Part shown: piece after piece, positions 24,925-36,950 of the stretch
How positions within the stretch are numbered: position 1 is the stretch's first letter
How the letters are laid out: each line of letters starts with the position of its first letter
DNA from: Stegostoma tigrinum
Lineage: Eukaryota
Assembly: GCF_030684315.1 (NCBI RefSeq)
Contig: NC_081358.1
Coordinates: 55,748,942-55,812,941 of the forward strand
Length of the DNA stretch: 64,000 bases
Direction of reading: 5' to 3'
Position numbers and translations under genes: made by a program
The notes under the pieces: model-generated
What the model was told of the DNA's origin: nothing
Seen by the model: the letters and a program-made list of their open reading frames with translations, nothing else
Databases searched by the model: none

Positions 24925-25130
24925 ATGGCAGAAAGGGAGAAATCAGTGCCATACTTTGCAGGCCGAGATCAGGAGGTCCTGTTGGATGGGTTGGTACAAG
25001 ATGGAGTGTACAATGTCAGACCATGCCAGCCTGATCTTGAGGTTGCCACTTTGGTCAGTACAACCTGAGCTATCTGAAGAAATGCCCACAATGTAGGAAG
25101 AAGGCTAATGTCCTTCTCCACTCTGCCAGT
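24925..25130 (+). pseudogene. Decayed Myb/SANT-like DNA-binding exon, PIF/Harbinger ORF2 type
   Basis: MAEREKSVPYFAGRDQEVLLDGLVQ..(frameshift)..LEVATLVSTT*AI*RNA..CRKKANVLLHSAS matches the F..D.EVLL..W.EVA..VS..R...QCRKK.N.L pattern. Followed by a gtaagt donor at 25131. Confidence 0.7.
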
Positions 25131-27499
25131 GTAAGTGCCATTATCTTCTTCCTAATACCTCACTCTCATTCTATCTCTTGCCATTGTACTCACCTCCTAC
25201 TAAGGCTCAAGTCCTACCACTCTCGCTATTGCCTGCAGCATCTTCCCTACTTACTCTCACTTGCCCCAACCCTGATGTCATTTCTAAATGTCCTCTGCCC
25301 AGCCTACACACTCACTTGGGACATCTCCATATTTGCATCAAAAGCTCTCATCTCCCTTAATAAACAAAGAAACAGAGAAAATACCTTCCTTTCTCTCATT
25401 TCAAGATGCAATCATCCCCGTTGGGTTGAAAGAATTATGACAGATTATGTGCTGTCCGAAATGCGGCTCATTACATCCTAACTAGTACGCATACTGACAC
25501 TAATCACTCTGAATGGGTGAAAGTGAACCTGTATAAGCCCTTGGGCTTAACTGGTTGGACACCCCTGACTGAAGCCATTTCCCCTGACATGACTGATGCC
25601 ATGATGAGCTTGCTTCCTTATTAGATGTGCTAAAAGACATAACAAGTCTAAAGTAATTTGAGCTTTGTATCTCTGCTAGCTGATGGTCAAAGAACAAAAA
25701 GACAAAGCAATGTAAGGCAGTGCCTGGTGAATTTAGTGCATCAGTTGCTCCAAATGACCTTTATGTTGGACACTTGGGCACCAACATCTCAGGACTCATT
25801 CCATCAGCCACATGCACCCTATATATAGAGACTTTGACACCTCAATGTGTCAGGCTCAATGACAGTCATGGCACATCTTCAATCTGTTCACAGAAAGTTT
25901 CTGCACTTCAATACTGCACTGCAGATTGCATCAAGAATTGTATTTGTAATGCTGCAACAAGGATACTGTGTGCTTGTGTACTCTTGCTTTGAGTGGCATA
26001 GAATTAGAATTGTGGTAAACAATTGTTGGCCGAGGGAACTCTTCAGGACACTCTCAAAATATTTATACTATTGCTCTACATATGTAGAGTTCACACATAC
26101 GAAGCTTTGATTTTACAAATTTTTTTCCCGCATTTCTCCTACAGTAAGGAAAAGGAAGGAGTTAGTTAGATGATGTAAGTGTCACCATGAAACTGTAGGG
26201 AATAGGAAGATGTTACTCATGTTTTCATGTAATCACAACATAGGCAAGGAGTGTGGGGCAGGGGCAGATGGTAAGAAGAAGCTCCAATTTTGCGCAGTCA
26301 TGTGCAGTTCTCCCCCTGGCTTCAGCTCGCCCACAGCTTTAGCCATCATCATGTAAATCACAGAATGACATCTGGTCACAAGTCATAAGCTAAGACCTTT
26401 TCCTACTTATTTCATTATACACTTATATTCCTCTCTCTCCCTTGTATGTATCTAGCTCCCTCTTAACTGCAGTCAAGCTACATATTCTAATAATCCTTGT
26501 GTTGCAGGCAACAGTGAGAGTTGTAGAATATGAGCCTTGGTAAGAGGTAGATGCATTTTTACCATTTCATTGAGTAAATCCTTGCTTTAAACACTACAGT
26601 AGAAATCGATGGGAGATTGCAATTGTAATGCTGAGCTATTCTTTTATAGAATACTTTCATATACAGAATATTCTTTTTATTTAATTTGCTATTATCGCAG
26701 GAACTGTGAACTATTCCCTTGAGAATTCTAAACTGATTAAAAGGAAGATAAGTTACAGCTCCTTAAATATCCTGAGATAAATCACATTAGTCTGTGCCAA
26801 TTCAAAAACACCCTAGCTCACCTAGGGTACTGCAGACAACTGAATGAAAAGTTTTTACTGAATTAAAATTGACAAATTTCCTGTTGCAGTTGTGAGGTGT
26901 GGGAGATGGTGGTGGGTGTGGTAGTGGTGGGGCAAGGAGGGAAGGGGAAAGGGAGACAGTGGCTTTAAACTCCTTTGTTCTCATTTTCCATTTGAACTAA
27001 ATTTGCTCCAGAGTAGAACCCATGAGAAATTCTTCAGGAGCAGTTGCACCTCATGCCCATGGTGAAAACACAATTGTGATCACACTTTTCTGGAGTTCAG
27101 GCACAGGGATTCAATGCTGTAACCTGGATGACAAATTGCCAAACATAAGGTGTGGTTTGTGCATTCACATTCTGCTCACTGTTCAAAATCTTGAATAAAT
27201 ATCAAAAGAAGTTTTCAGGGTATGTATTTTGTAGACATCAGACCCCTTTTTATCCAAACAAGGAAGCTTTGTACCATAAATCTCTCCTTTATGTTTCCAT
27301 GTTTTGCCCAGTTGGTGTTGAATTTCAATCAGTCTAAAATCAGCATTAGAATGATAAATTTAGTATGTAAGGCAACACACTGCTATTTTAGACCCCTGAT
27401 GGTTTTTAATATTAGTTCTGAAGGATTTCAGGAATATGCTTTATTTATTCTTTCACTAGCAAAGCTAGTGTTTGTTTTCTATCTAGCATTGGACTTAAA

Positions 27500-27955
27500 T
27501 TCAGTGATTTGCAAGGCCATTTTAAAGTCAATCTCCATGCTGTGGGTGTGGAGTCTCAAAAGGGCTAGAGCAGGTATAGATAGCAAATTTTCACTCCTGA
27601 AGGTCTGTAGTGAACCAGATGAAGTTTTACAAAACTTGGGAATAGTAGCCATGGCACCATTGCTGACACAAAGCTGTATTCTAGGCTTATTCATTTAAAT
27701 TTTAATATCTGCCATGGTGGCATTTGAAACCACATGCTGAGAACTTTAACCCAACTGCTGGATATAGCACAGCAATTTTCACTATACCACACGTTCACAA
27801 ATGCCCCTTAGAAAATGAAACTGTGGGCCACCCCTGCAGGTAATTCCAGACCTTCAGCAATGTGGTTGATTCTTATCCAATCTCTAGGCAATTAAGTATG
27901 GGAAGTAGTTGCTGGTCCAGTCAGCAAAGCCCGCTACGATGAATGAATAAAAACA
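27500..27955. mobile_element. tRNA-head SINE (minus, ~27500-27800) plus L2-type 3' tail (plus, ~27860-27955)
   Basis: Similar to 18592-18940; tail ggcaattaagtatggg..gctggtccagtcagcaaagcccgctacgatgaatgaataaaa. Confidence 0.5.
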
Positions 27956-28440
27956 AATTTTCTCAGTTTCCCAATACCGATGACAGCGATAGAAACCTTT
28001 CACATTTACCTTGGCAGGGGTATTGTCCAGATTTCAGTAGAAGCCGAACTGAAGGATAGGGATCCAGACTCTGCTAACTTTAATTGTAAAAGGCTGAAGC
28101 AATCACTGGGTTTTTAGTACGCTGTCAGAGATAAATCATAGACAAGCAAGGAATGATAGATAGCCTACAGTTTTGTTTGATTATCTCTGGGGATCATGGA
28201 GAGTTTGAATTCTTTTGTTCCAAAAAGAACTTCTCTAGCATTGTTATTTCCTCAAATTTAACCACAGAAAGCTATTAAGGATGTTGAAAATATTCTTGAG
28301 GAAATACAAGCACATTTATATAACTTTTCTTTCTGATATTTTATTGGAGATATTACCTCATTTAAAACAAAATGTGTTGTATTTTGAACAGATTTATTTC
28401 AAAAAAAACAGCTTTGGTACATATATATGTATTAAACATA

Positions 28441-28792
28441 AGGGAATATGTTGGCTGAGTGGCTGGAACAGCTGCTGCATAGCACCAGGGACTTCAGTTC
28501 AATTCCACCCTTGAGCATCTGTCTGGGTGGAGTTTGCACTCCTCATTTCTGTGTGGGTTTCTTCTGACTGCTCTGGTTTTATCCTACAGTCCAAAGGTGT
28601 GCAAGTTGGGTGGATTGGCCATGCTAAATTGCCCATAGTGCTCAGGGATGTGTAGGTTAGGTGTAAAAGCTACGGGAACTGTCCTGTTACAGGAAAAAGG
28701 TAGGGAGGTAGGTCTGGTTGGGATGCTCTTCAGAGGATTGGTGTGGACCTGTTGGGCCAAATGGCCTGTTTCTGCATTGTGTGGTTTCTATG
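28441..28792 (+). mobile_element. V-SINE/HE1-like SINE, degenerate
   Basis: tRNA-like head, central gtggagtttgcac..tgtgtgggtttcttc..gctctggtttt..ctacagtccaaag..ggattggccatgctaaattgccc domain, CR1-derived tail gggccaaatggcctgtttctgcattgt. Confidence 0.85.
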
Positions 28793-31700
28793 AAAACTAT
28801 TCCATATGTATCAGTGATATTTTAAAAAATACATTTATCAAAGATGGTTGAGATAATAATGTGACTGGACTTTAGCAGTACCCTTCAAGAATTTTCACTG
28901 AAGTCAAAGTCAGCTGGGCAACCAATACATCATGTACATCTTGTTGGGCCTGGAATACTAACTACTGTGAAATAAACTGCCACAAGACATACTGCCTCCA
29001 GGGAAAACCCAAACACAAAAGAATTATGAATTAGCTCTGTAAGGAGATGTGATAATAACTCTCTACTTAACCTCTGAAATGAGCCACAGGCAGTCATGTA
29101 TCTACAAAGTAAATATTTGTCTCAATGGTAACTATTTTGGCCTCTACCCTTTTGAAGAAAGTTTGGCTATGGGCAAATTGGATAGAAAGCAACTGTTGCA
29201 CAGAGCATAGTGGATTCTGGAATACACTGCCTGGGACAGCAGTTGAGATGGGAAACCTCACAAACTTTAAAAGCTTGTGATGAACACCAAACAAGTCCTG
29301 ACACTCATGGCTATGGGCCTCCAGCTAGAAATTAGGATAGAGTAGCTTTGTCAGTGCAGATCTAATTGCAATAGGTTCTCTCCCACATTGTGTGATTCTA
29401 TGATTTGATCAAGTAGTTTTCTGATACACCCTTGTTGATTAAGGTTGCACCACTGATATTTGTGCAGAGCCCTTGAATCCAAGTGCACATTGAACTTAAC
29501 GGAATTTATACGTGAGAGGGTGGAAGAGACATTTGGCATGGCAAGAGGATTCTCATGGGTAGTGATGGTGGGATGAAGTGTCATGCATTCAAAGATACTT
29601 TCCTCAATCTTTAACTTAAAATAGAAAATCTCTGCTTATTTTATGTTACAAGTGCTCAGAGTAAAGAAAGGGACAAGTCTGTGTCTTCCTGAGATCATTT
29701 AAGTTTGAGATATTTCAATCATTTTCAAAATCTATTGTTTACATGAACTCATCTTCCTTTAAAACTTCCAATGTTTCTATGTAATTTTTCTCAAATTTCT
29801 TCCAGCTGAGTGATCACAATTTAATAATATGAACAATAATTTGTAATTTATTTATAAAGCCAATGCTGCAGTCCCAAATCAGAAGTCAGTGGCCATTTTA
29901 TGAGCAGACCTAACTCAATTGCAGCAGTCTACTTAAAACAGTGCTTCACATGATTATTCTCATAATGAGAAATTGCACATAAAGTGTGTTTTAATAATGA
30001 ATTTAAGATAAACAGGCATTTACTCACAGATAGAAGTAAGATGGCTGTGCCTGTTTCTCTTTGCACAATGTGTCTATTCTTTTATACCTTTGCCCTAGCA
30101 TAGAGGGGACCGCTGAAATTTGCTTACTCTGAGCATGTCTTGGGCTGACACTCATTCATTTAACAGCTCACATTATTTTGTGGATTACTTGGAAAGTCTA
30201 GTCAGACCAAAGAAGTCCTTAGTCCCCTGTCTGAGAAACACTACTTCTGCTAACTCAGATGTTATACTCGCCAGTTGTAATCAGTATGAAAATGGAAGTA
30301 ATGGACTTGAAGAGTGAGCATGACATGTAAGTGATGAACATGAAAGTTTGAATTCACTCCACAGAGTGTAGGAAACAGGAGCTAGGTTTGTTTCTTAAAA
30401 GATCACCTCTTGAGGGGGACTAAAGTTAAAACTTGCAAGTGGTGTCAGCCTTCAGTTAGCATGGAGATGACTTTCTGCTGCAACTAAGGCTCCTGAAGCC
30501 AATCTATGTGGTGAATCTACTTTGACTTGGGATAGATGAATCCTCAACTGGCAACAGAACAAATATTCAATGCTGTACATAATTTACAAAGCTTCTTTTT
30601 TATTTTGTTGAAAGAGTATACTGAAAATTCATACACATAGTCAATCATACTTCAGGATTGACGGTCACCTGACCTTCATAGATTGGAAATGATAATTTCC
30701 AAAAGAAAACTTGAAACTTTTGGCCTTGCACCCCTCAGAACTGGAATGCAAGAAAACTAAATTTTGAAAGGGAACAGCAATTTATACAACGTAGGATGAG
30801 AGTACTAATTAGTTCGCACAGAAATGCAGAAGGAACTATCAATCGTCTTGACTATTGACTTATGCCTTGTCAGTATTAGAGAATTTTTGGGAACCCAGTA
30901 AGTATAGAATATCCAGCCTCTGACTTCCTCTGGAGCACTAATTATTTGCTTGGTCTAGTTTTGTTGCTGGTCAGTGATGATCTAAGAATGTTGATGATAG
31001 GGTGGAATTGAGCAATGTTGTTGCCTGTGAGAATTAGTGTATGCTCTAAAGGAGTTGATTAGACTTTCTGTTGCTGGAGGTAGTCATTGACTAGTAGTTG
31101 CATAGCCAGATATAACTCTCTAATTGTCAAAGCAGAGCTTGGATGTTGTCCTGGTCTGCATATATGTGAGAATGAATTTCTTCATCTTTGAGAAATTATT
31201 AATGAGCTGAATCTCTGTTCAATCACCAGTAACCGTCACATAGAAGCCTTACAATGCTGAAGGACACCATTTGTCAATAATGCCGGCACCCAGCACTGTC
31301 TTTATGGTAAATTAATAGTTGTCTGGTTTTATCATTGAAAATTGAGCTTTCAAACTTTAACTTGATGTACACTGTGTCAAATTTAGCAATCTCTTCAAAA
31401 ACCCCCAGGTGCTGAAGGTCAACGGACTGTTTGCCTTTGATCAGCCTTGATTGATAGTTCATGCAGCTCATGAGTTGGGATAAATATATCGTGATCATAT
31501 AGCAATCAGAAGAGGAGAGAATCAGCAAAGTGCGATGAGTATTTTGCACATTTTTTGGATATCCAAACTGACATAGTAGTGACAGTTAACAATACAAAAG
31601 GAGTATGAGTTTCAGAGCTTAGGAGGCCTTACTTAATTCAAATATAATATAAGTTCATTAGCTGCTGTTTTAGTGTGTTGGTGGGCTTGTGGGCTACCCA

Positions 31701-32096
31701 GTAGAGCAAACAGCCAATGGGGAACTTCAAACCAGCGTCTACAGGAAAACAACACATACGGACCAAATACTGAACTACAGGAGCAACCATCGCAACACCC
31801 ACAAACGAAGCTGCATTAGAACATTATTCCAATGAGCCACCACACACTGCAGCACAGAGGAACTACGCAGAGCAGAGGAAAATCACCTATACAGCGTATT
31901 CAAAAAGAATGGGTACCCTATGAACACAGTCCGCCGATTCCTCAGCAATAAACCCAAACAAACAGACAAAACGGGCTCAGAAACCATAACCACTTTCACC
32001 TACATCAAAGACATTTCCGAAATGACTGCCAAACGACTCTGACCTCTTGGCATCAGGGTAGCCCACAAACCCATCAACACACTAAAACAGCAGCTA

Positions 32097-32558
32097 ATGA
32101 ACTTAAAAGACCCTATACAGACAATAAACAAAACAAATGTCATCTACAAAATACCTTGCAAGAACTGTGACAAACACTACGTTGGACAAACTGGCAGAAA
32201 GATAGCCACCAGGATACATGAACATCAACTAGCCGCAAAACGACATGACCCACTATCACTCATATCCTTACATACAGATGAGGAAGGACACCACTTTGAT
32301 TGGGACAACACATCCATCCTAGGACAAGCCAAACAGAGACGCGCACGAGAATTCCTAGAAGCATGGCATTCCAACCGGAACTCCATCAGCAAACACATTG
32401 GCTCCAAATCAATCTACCATCCCCTGAGAAAAAGAACAGGAAATGACATCACCAACGCAGGAAATGACATTACCAACCCAAGGAAACCTAACCAGATAAA
32501 TAGAAAGCGGGACATAACACCAGCGCTTCGTCGGAGGCTCACTGATGATGTTACCTAG
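32097..32558 (+). pseudogene. GIY-YIG endonuclease domain of family C PLE (fragment of a truncated polyprotein)
   Basis: NVIYKIPCKNCDKHYVGQTGRKIATRIHEH..H..EEGHHFDW..REFLEAWHS; no Neptune-type Cys linker before the domain. Confidence 0.88.
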
Positions 32559-32578
32559 AATGGTGACGAATCGTCTGA
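32539..32578 (+). ncRNA. Minimal hammerhead-like motif of family C (GAAA mutated to GAAT)
   Basis: tca-CTGATGA-t-GTTACC tagaat GGTGAC-GAAT-CGTC-tga: stem I UCA/UGA, 6-bp stem II, GUC triplet. Confidence 0.7.
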
Positions 32579-33842
32579 AAACTAACCTTCTAGCTCAGCG
32601 AGCAAACTCACATCCAGAACCTCAACCTGAGCTACAAATCTTCTCAAAACTCACCCAACAAGGTGTTAGATGCTCTATGTACAAAATGGCGGACAAATCC
32701 AACTCAGCCAGTGACCACGTGCTTAACCTCCTCTTGATTATCTGTGAAATGTTTGAAAGAATCATCAATGATGCTATCAGACAGCACTTGCAAAGGAAGA
32801 ACCTGCTTGCTGTCACTCTGTTTGGGTTTTGTTAGGGCCATTTAACTACTTATCTCAACAGAGGCCTGGGAATTAATGAGATTACTAAATACTAATAGTA
32901 AACAGTCATGTTCTAATATGTATTTATGGGCCATTTGGCGTGGTTGGGAGGTGTAATCTAGGGCAGGTGTGGTACTCAGTGTTCAGGGAGTATTTGGGTG
33001 ATTGGGTGTGTAGTTTGGATAGTTTAGGGGTAGTCAATGTGTTGGAGTGAGTGGTTGGGAATATGTTCTAGGATTACCTACAAGTCAGATTAGTTTTATT
33101 CATCTAAACTTTTCTGGAGAACTGTGTGTTCGGTAATGCTGTTGCTATGTTAGGAATACAGATCTACTTGCAATAATTGAAGATGTGGTGCCGGCAACTC
33201 TATGAAACAATGAAGGGATGATCAATATCCATAAATTCAGGACATAGTCAAGAAGAACTTGCCTGGTTCTGAGATCAAGGATACTACAAAAATGTTTGCT
33301 TTAACAGGGCTGTGTGAAGGAGATAAATGAGATTGTAGGTTTTTGGATCTTACAGTGGAGCGAGTCATTGTTTCAAAAGGAATAATGTCCTCTGCAAGGG
33401 AAATTTGAGACAAAGTGACCTTCAGGTTAAAGGGACTTTCAGATCTCACACTGTCAAGACAGATTCAAAGTCAATTATCTTCAAACAGTAAATCTACCAA
33501 AAACTTGCATGTCTGAACAGAACACATTCTGGGACAGCAGTGAAACATCCAGAGCACCAGAATTTGGCAATGCAGTCCAGATAAATTGTGCATAATAAAA
33601 TGAGAAGTCAGTCATGTTTCACAGTTCCTCATCAGGAATAGTACAGAGGTAACTGCTAAACAAAATGATAAAAGTGATAAATGATAAATGAAAAATGATA
33701 AAACCAGATCATCCCCAAGGGACTACAGTCTACATTTCAGCCTTCCCAATTCGGCCCCAACCGTGACCACCTCTACACCCAGAATATTCAGACCCTTCAG
33801 AAGCGTTTCTCCCTGCGAGTCCTGAAACGGACACTCGCAGCC

Positions 33843-36728
33843 ATGCGCCGGCACCTCCAGGCACTGAAATCCAGCCTGACCCAGCTCAGAGCCTCCCTCT
33901 CCCAGACCTGCAAAGGACCTCTGCTGTTTTTAATCCTCCGCAGGATCCACAGACTGAACACCCAGTTCCACTCAGCTTTACTGGACACCAAAAATCGTAA
34001 GTACAACAAACTCACTGGCCCCTGCCACCCACCAGAGGATTCCTGCACCTCCCAAATCCCGAGTCTGTCCCTGCCCCTCCCCCACCATGCACCCGCCACC
34101 ATTGACCATGAGGACACGGCCGGAGAACCCACCGATGACGTCACGTCCGCCTCCGCCAGCCACACCACTTCCAGGACCGCTGCTGCAGTCATCACCTCCA
34201 CTTCCAGTTACAACACCTCACACACCACCCTCCCCGCAGCTGCTGCCGCCCACCCCGATGCTCCAACTGCCCTGCCCACGGCCGACGCCGACGGAACCCC
34301 GCCCACGCCCGACACAGACAGAACCCCGCCCACAGCCGACGACCTCATCGCTCCGCCCACAACCTCCACAGCCGGCAACCCCAGAGAAGACAGCCACACT
34401 GAGCCCTGCCGCATCTTCACCATCCCCCCAGACCTCCCACTGACTGAGGACGAACAGTCAGTCCTAAGGAAGTGGCTCACCTTTGTCCCCCTACAACCAC
34501 ACATCAACGAATACCAGTCACGATTGGACATAGAGCAGTTTTTCCGCCGTCTTCGCCTCCATGCCTACTTCTTCAACCGGGAGCTTAACCCTCCCTCCAC
34601 TGACCCCTTCAACCGCTTCCAACACAAGTCCTCCTCCTGGACACCACCTCCAGGCCTCCTACCCTCCCTCGATCTCTTCATCTCCAACTGCCATCGAGAC
34701 ATTAACCACCTCAACCTCTCCACCCCTCTCACCCACTCCAACCTCTCCCCCGCAGAACGGGCAGCCCTCAGTTACCTCCGCTCCAACCCCAACCTCACCA
34801 TCAAACCCGCAGACAAGGGTGGCGCAGTGGTAGTATGGCGCACTGACCTCTACATCGCCGAGGCCAGACGCCAACTCTCCGATACCACCTCCTACCGCCC
34901 CCTCGATCATGACCCCACACCCGAGCACCAAACCATCATCTCCAACACCATTCATGATCTCATCACATCAGGGGACCTCCCACCCACAGCCTCCAACCTC
35001 ATTGTTCCCCAACCCCGCACGGCCCGTTTCTATCTCCTTCCCAAAATCCACAAACCTGCCTGCCCTGGTCGACACATCGTCTCAGCCTGCTCCTGCCCCA
35101 CCGAACTCATCTCCACCTATCTGGACTCCATTTTCTCCCCTTTGGTCCAGGAACTCCCTACCTACGTCCGTGACACCACCCACACCCTCCAACTCCTCCA
35201 GGACTTCCAATTCCCTGGCCCCCAACACCTCATTTTCACCATAGACGTCCAGTCCCTATGCACCTGCATTCCGCATGCAGATGGCCTCAAGGCCCTCCGC
35301 TTCTTCCTGTCCCGCAGGCCCGACCAGTCCCCCTCCACCGACACCCTCATCCGCCTAGCCGAACTCGTCCTCAACCTCAACAACTTCTCTTTTGACACCT
35401 CCCACTTCCTACAGACAAAGGGGGAGGCCATGGGCACCCGCATGGGCCCCAGCTATGCCTGCCTCTTTGTAGGTTACGTGGAACAGTCCCTCTTCCACAC
35501 CTACACAGGCCCCAAACCCCACCTCTTCCTCCGTTACATTGATGACTGTATCGGCGCCGCCTCTTGCTCCCCAGAGGAGCTCGAACAGTTCATCCACTTC
35601 ACCAACACCTTCCACCCCAACCTTCAGTTCACCTGGGCCATCTCCAACACATCCCTCACCTTCCTGGTCCTCTCAGTCTCCATCTCAGGCAACCAGCTTG
35701 TAACTGATGTCCATTTCAAGCCCACCGACTCCCACAGCTACCTAGAATACACCTCCTCCCACCCACCCTCCTGCAAAAATTCCATCCCCTATTCCCAATT
35801 CCTCCGCCTCCGCCGCATCTGCTCCCACGATAAGACATTCCACTCCCGCACATCCCAGATGACCAAGTTCTTCAAGGACTGCAACTTTTCCCCCACAGTG
35901 ATCGAGAATGCCCTTGACTGCGTCTCCCGCATTTCCCACAACATATCCCTCACACCCCGCCCCTGCCACAACCGCCCAAAGAGGATCCCCCTCGCTCTCA
36001 CACACCACCGCACCAACCTCCGGATACAATGCATCATCCTCCGACACTTCCGCCATCTACAATCCGACCCCACCACCCAAGACATTTTTCCAACCCCACC
36101 CCTGTCTGCTTTCCGGAGAGACCACTCTCTCCGTGACTCCCTTGTTCGCTCCACACTGCCCTCCAACCCCACCACACCCGGCACCTTCCCCTGCAACCGC
36201 AGGAAATGCTACACTTGCCCCCACACCTCCTCCCTCACCCCTATCCCAGGCCCCAAGATGACATTCCACATTAAGCAGAGGTTCACCTGCACATCTGCCA
36301 ATGTGGTATACTGCATCCACTGTACCCGGTGTGGCTTCCTCCACATTGGGGAAACCAAGCGGAGGCTTGGAGACCGCTTTGCAGAACACCTCCGCTCAGT
36401 TTGCAACAAACAACTGCACCTCCCAGTCGCAAACCATTTCCACTCCCCCTCCCATTCTTTAGATGACATGTCCATCATGGGCCTCCTGCAGTGCCACAAT
36501 GATGCCACCCGTAGGTTGCAGGAACAGCAACTCATATTCCGCCTGGGAACCCTGCAGCCTAATGGTATCAATGTGGACTTCACTGGTTTCAAAATCTCTC
36601 CTTCCCCAACTGCATCCCTAAACCAGCCCAGTTCGTCCCCTCCCCCCACTGCACCACACAACCAGCCCAGCTCTTCCCCTCCACCCACTGCATCCCAAAA
36701 CCAGTCCAACATGTCTCTGCCTCCCTAA
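33843..36728 (+). CDS. PLE polyprotein: reverse transcriptase plus Cys-rich linker plus GIY-YIG endonuclease (961 aa from the first Met; frame is open ~47 codons further upstream)
   Basis: KPADKGGAVV, FYLLPKIHK, DVQSL, AMGTRMGPSYACLF, RYIDD, HFKPTD, CNRRKCYTC, NVVYCIHC..HIGETKRRLGDRFAEH, RRLQEQQLI, PNGIN. Confidence 0.93.
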   Translation: MRRHLQALKSSLTQLRASLSQTCKGPLLFLILRRIHRLNTQFHSALLDTKNRKYNKLTGPCHPPEDSCTSQIPSLSLPLPHHAPATIDHEDTAGEPTDDVTSASASHTTSRTAAAVITSTSSYNTSHTTLPAAAAAHPDAPTALPTADADGTPPTPDTDRTPPTADDLIAPPTTSTAGNPREDSHTEPCRIFTIPPDLPLTEDEQSVLRKWLTFVPLQPHINEYQSRLDIEQFFRRLRLHAYFFNRELNPPSTDPFNRFQHKSSSWTPPPGLLPSLDLFISNCHRDINHLNLSTPLTHSNLSPAERAALSYLRSNPNLTIKPADKGGAVVVWRTDLYIAEARRQLSDTTSYRPLDHDPTPEHQTIISNTIHDLITSGDLPPTASNLIVPQPRTARFYLLPKIHKPACPGRHIVSACSCPTELISTYLDSIFSPLVQELPTYVRDTTHTLQLLQDFQFPGPQHLIFTIDVQSLCTCIPHADGLKALRFFLSRRPDQSPSTDTLIRLAELVLNLNNFSFDTSHFLQTKGEAMGTRMGPSYACLFVGYVEQSLFHTYTGPKPHLFLRYIDDCIGAASCSPEELEQFIHFTNTFHPNLQFTWAISNTSLTFLVLSVSISGNQLVTDVHFKPTDSHSYLEYTSSHPPSCKNSIPYSQFLRLRRICSHDKTFHSRTSQMTKFFKDCNFSPTVIENALDCVSRISHNISLTPRPCHNRPKRIPLALTHHRTNLRIQCIILRHFRHLQSDPTTQDIFPTPPLSAFRRDHSLRDSLVRSTLPSNPTTPGTFPCNRRKCYTCPHTSSLTPIPGPKMTFHIKQRFTCTSANVVYCIHCTRCGFLHIGETKRRLGDRFAEHLRSVCNKQLHLPVANHFHSPSHSLDDMSIMGLLQCHNDATRRLQEQQLIFRLGTLQPNGINVDFTGFKISPSPTASLNQPSSSPPPTAPHNQPSSSPPPTASQNQSNMSLPP
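36603..36725 (+). repeat. 39-bp in-frame tandem repeat (~3 units) at the PLE ORF C-terminus
   Basis: Encodes PTASLNQPSSSPP-PTAPHNQPSSSPP-PTASQNQ; also 3 units in the 6.6-kb copy, 1 unit in the 11.6- and 42.8-kb copies. Confidence 0.85.
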
Positions 36729-36950
36729 CCCGTTCTTCCTCTCACCCATCCCTTCCTCCCACCCCAAGCCGCACCCCCATCTACCTACTAACCTCATCCC
36801 ACCTCCTTGACCTGTCCGTCTTCCCTGGACTGACCTATCCCCTCCCTACCTCCCCACCTATACTCTCTCCACCTATCTTCTTTACTCTCCATCTTCGGTC
36901 CGCCTCCCCCTCTCTTCCTATTTATTCCAGAACCCTCACCCCATCCCCCT

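Larger units (their letters stand above)
31651..32653 (+). mobile_element. Penelope-like element, family C (Penelope/Poseidon-like), 5'-truncated, with a short inverted 5' segment
   Basis: Thumb-region remnant (YRKTTHTDQILNY..), GIY-YIG ORF 32097-32558, hammerhead motif 32539-32578; 31651-31699 is the reverse complement of 32056-32104. Confidence 0.9.

Noticed and set aside
27222-27698. 158-aa ORF with hydrophobic stretches
   Set aside because: Runs into a degenerate SINE; no recognisable domain or splice support.
33797-36712. Many overlapping 60-170 aa ORFs on alternative frames and strands of the PLE copies (also at 6519-8022 and 42495-45070)
   Set aside because: They follow from the extreme C-rich/G-rich strand skew, which depletes stop codons. 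They are low-complexity, vary between copies and show no domain motifs.
36603-36725. Regularly spaced repeats considered as a CRISPR-like array
   Set aside because: Contiguous in-frame 39-bp tandem units with no unique spacers, inside a eukaryotic retroelement ORF.
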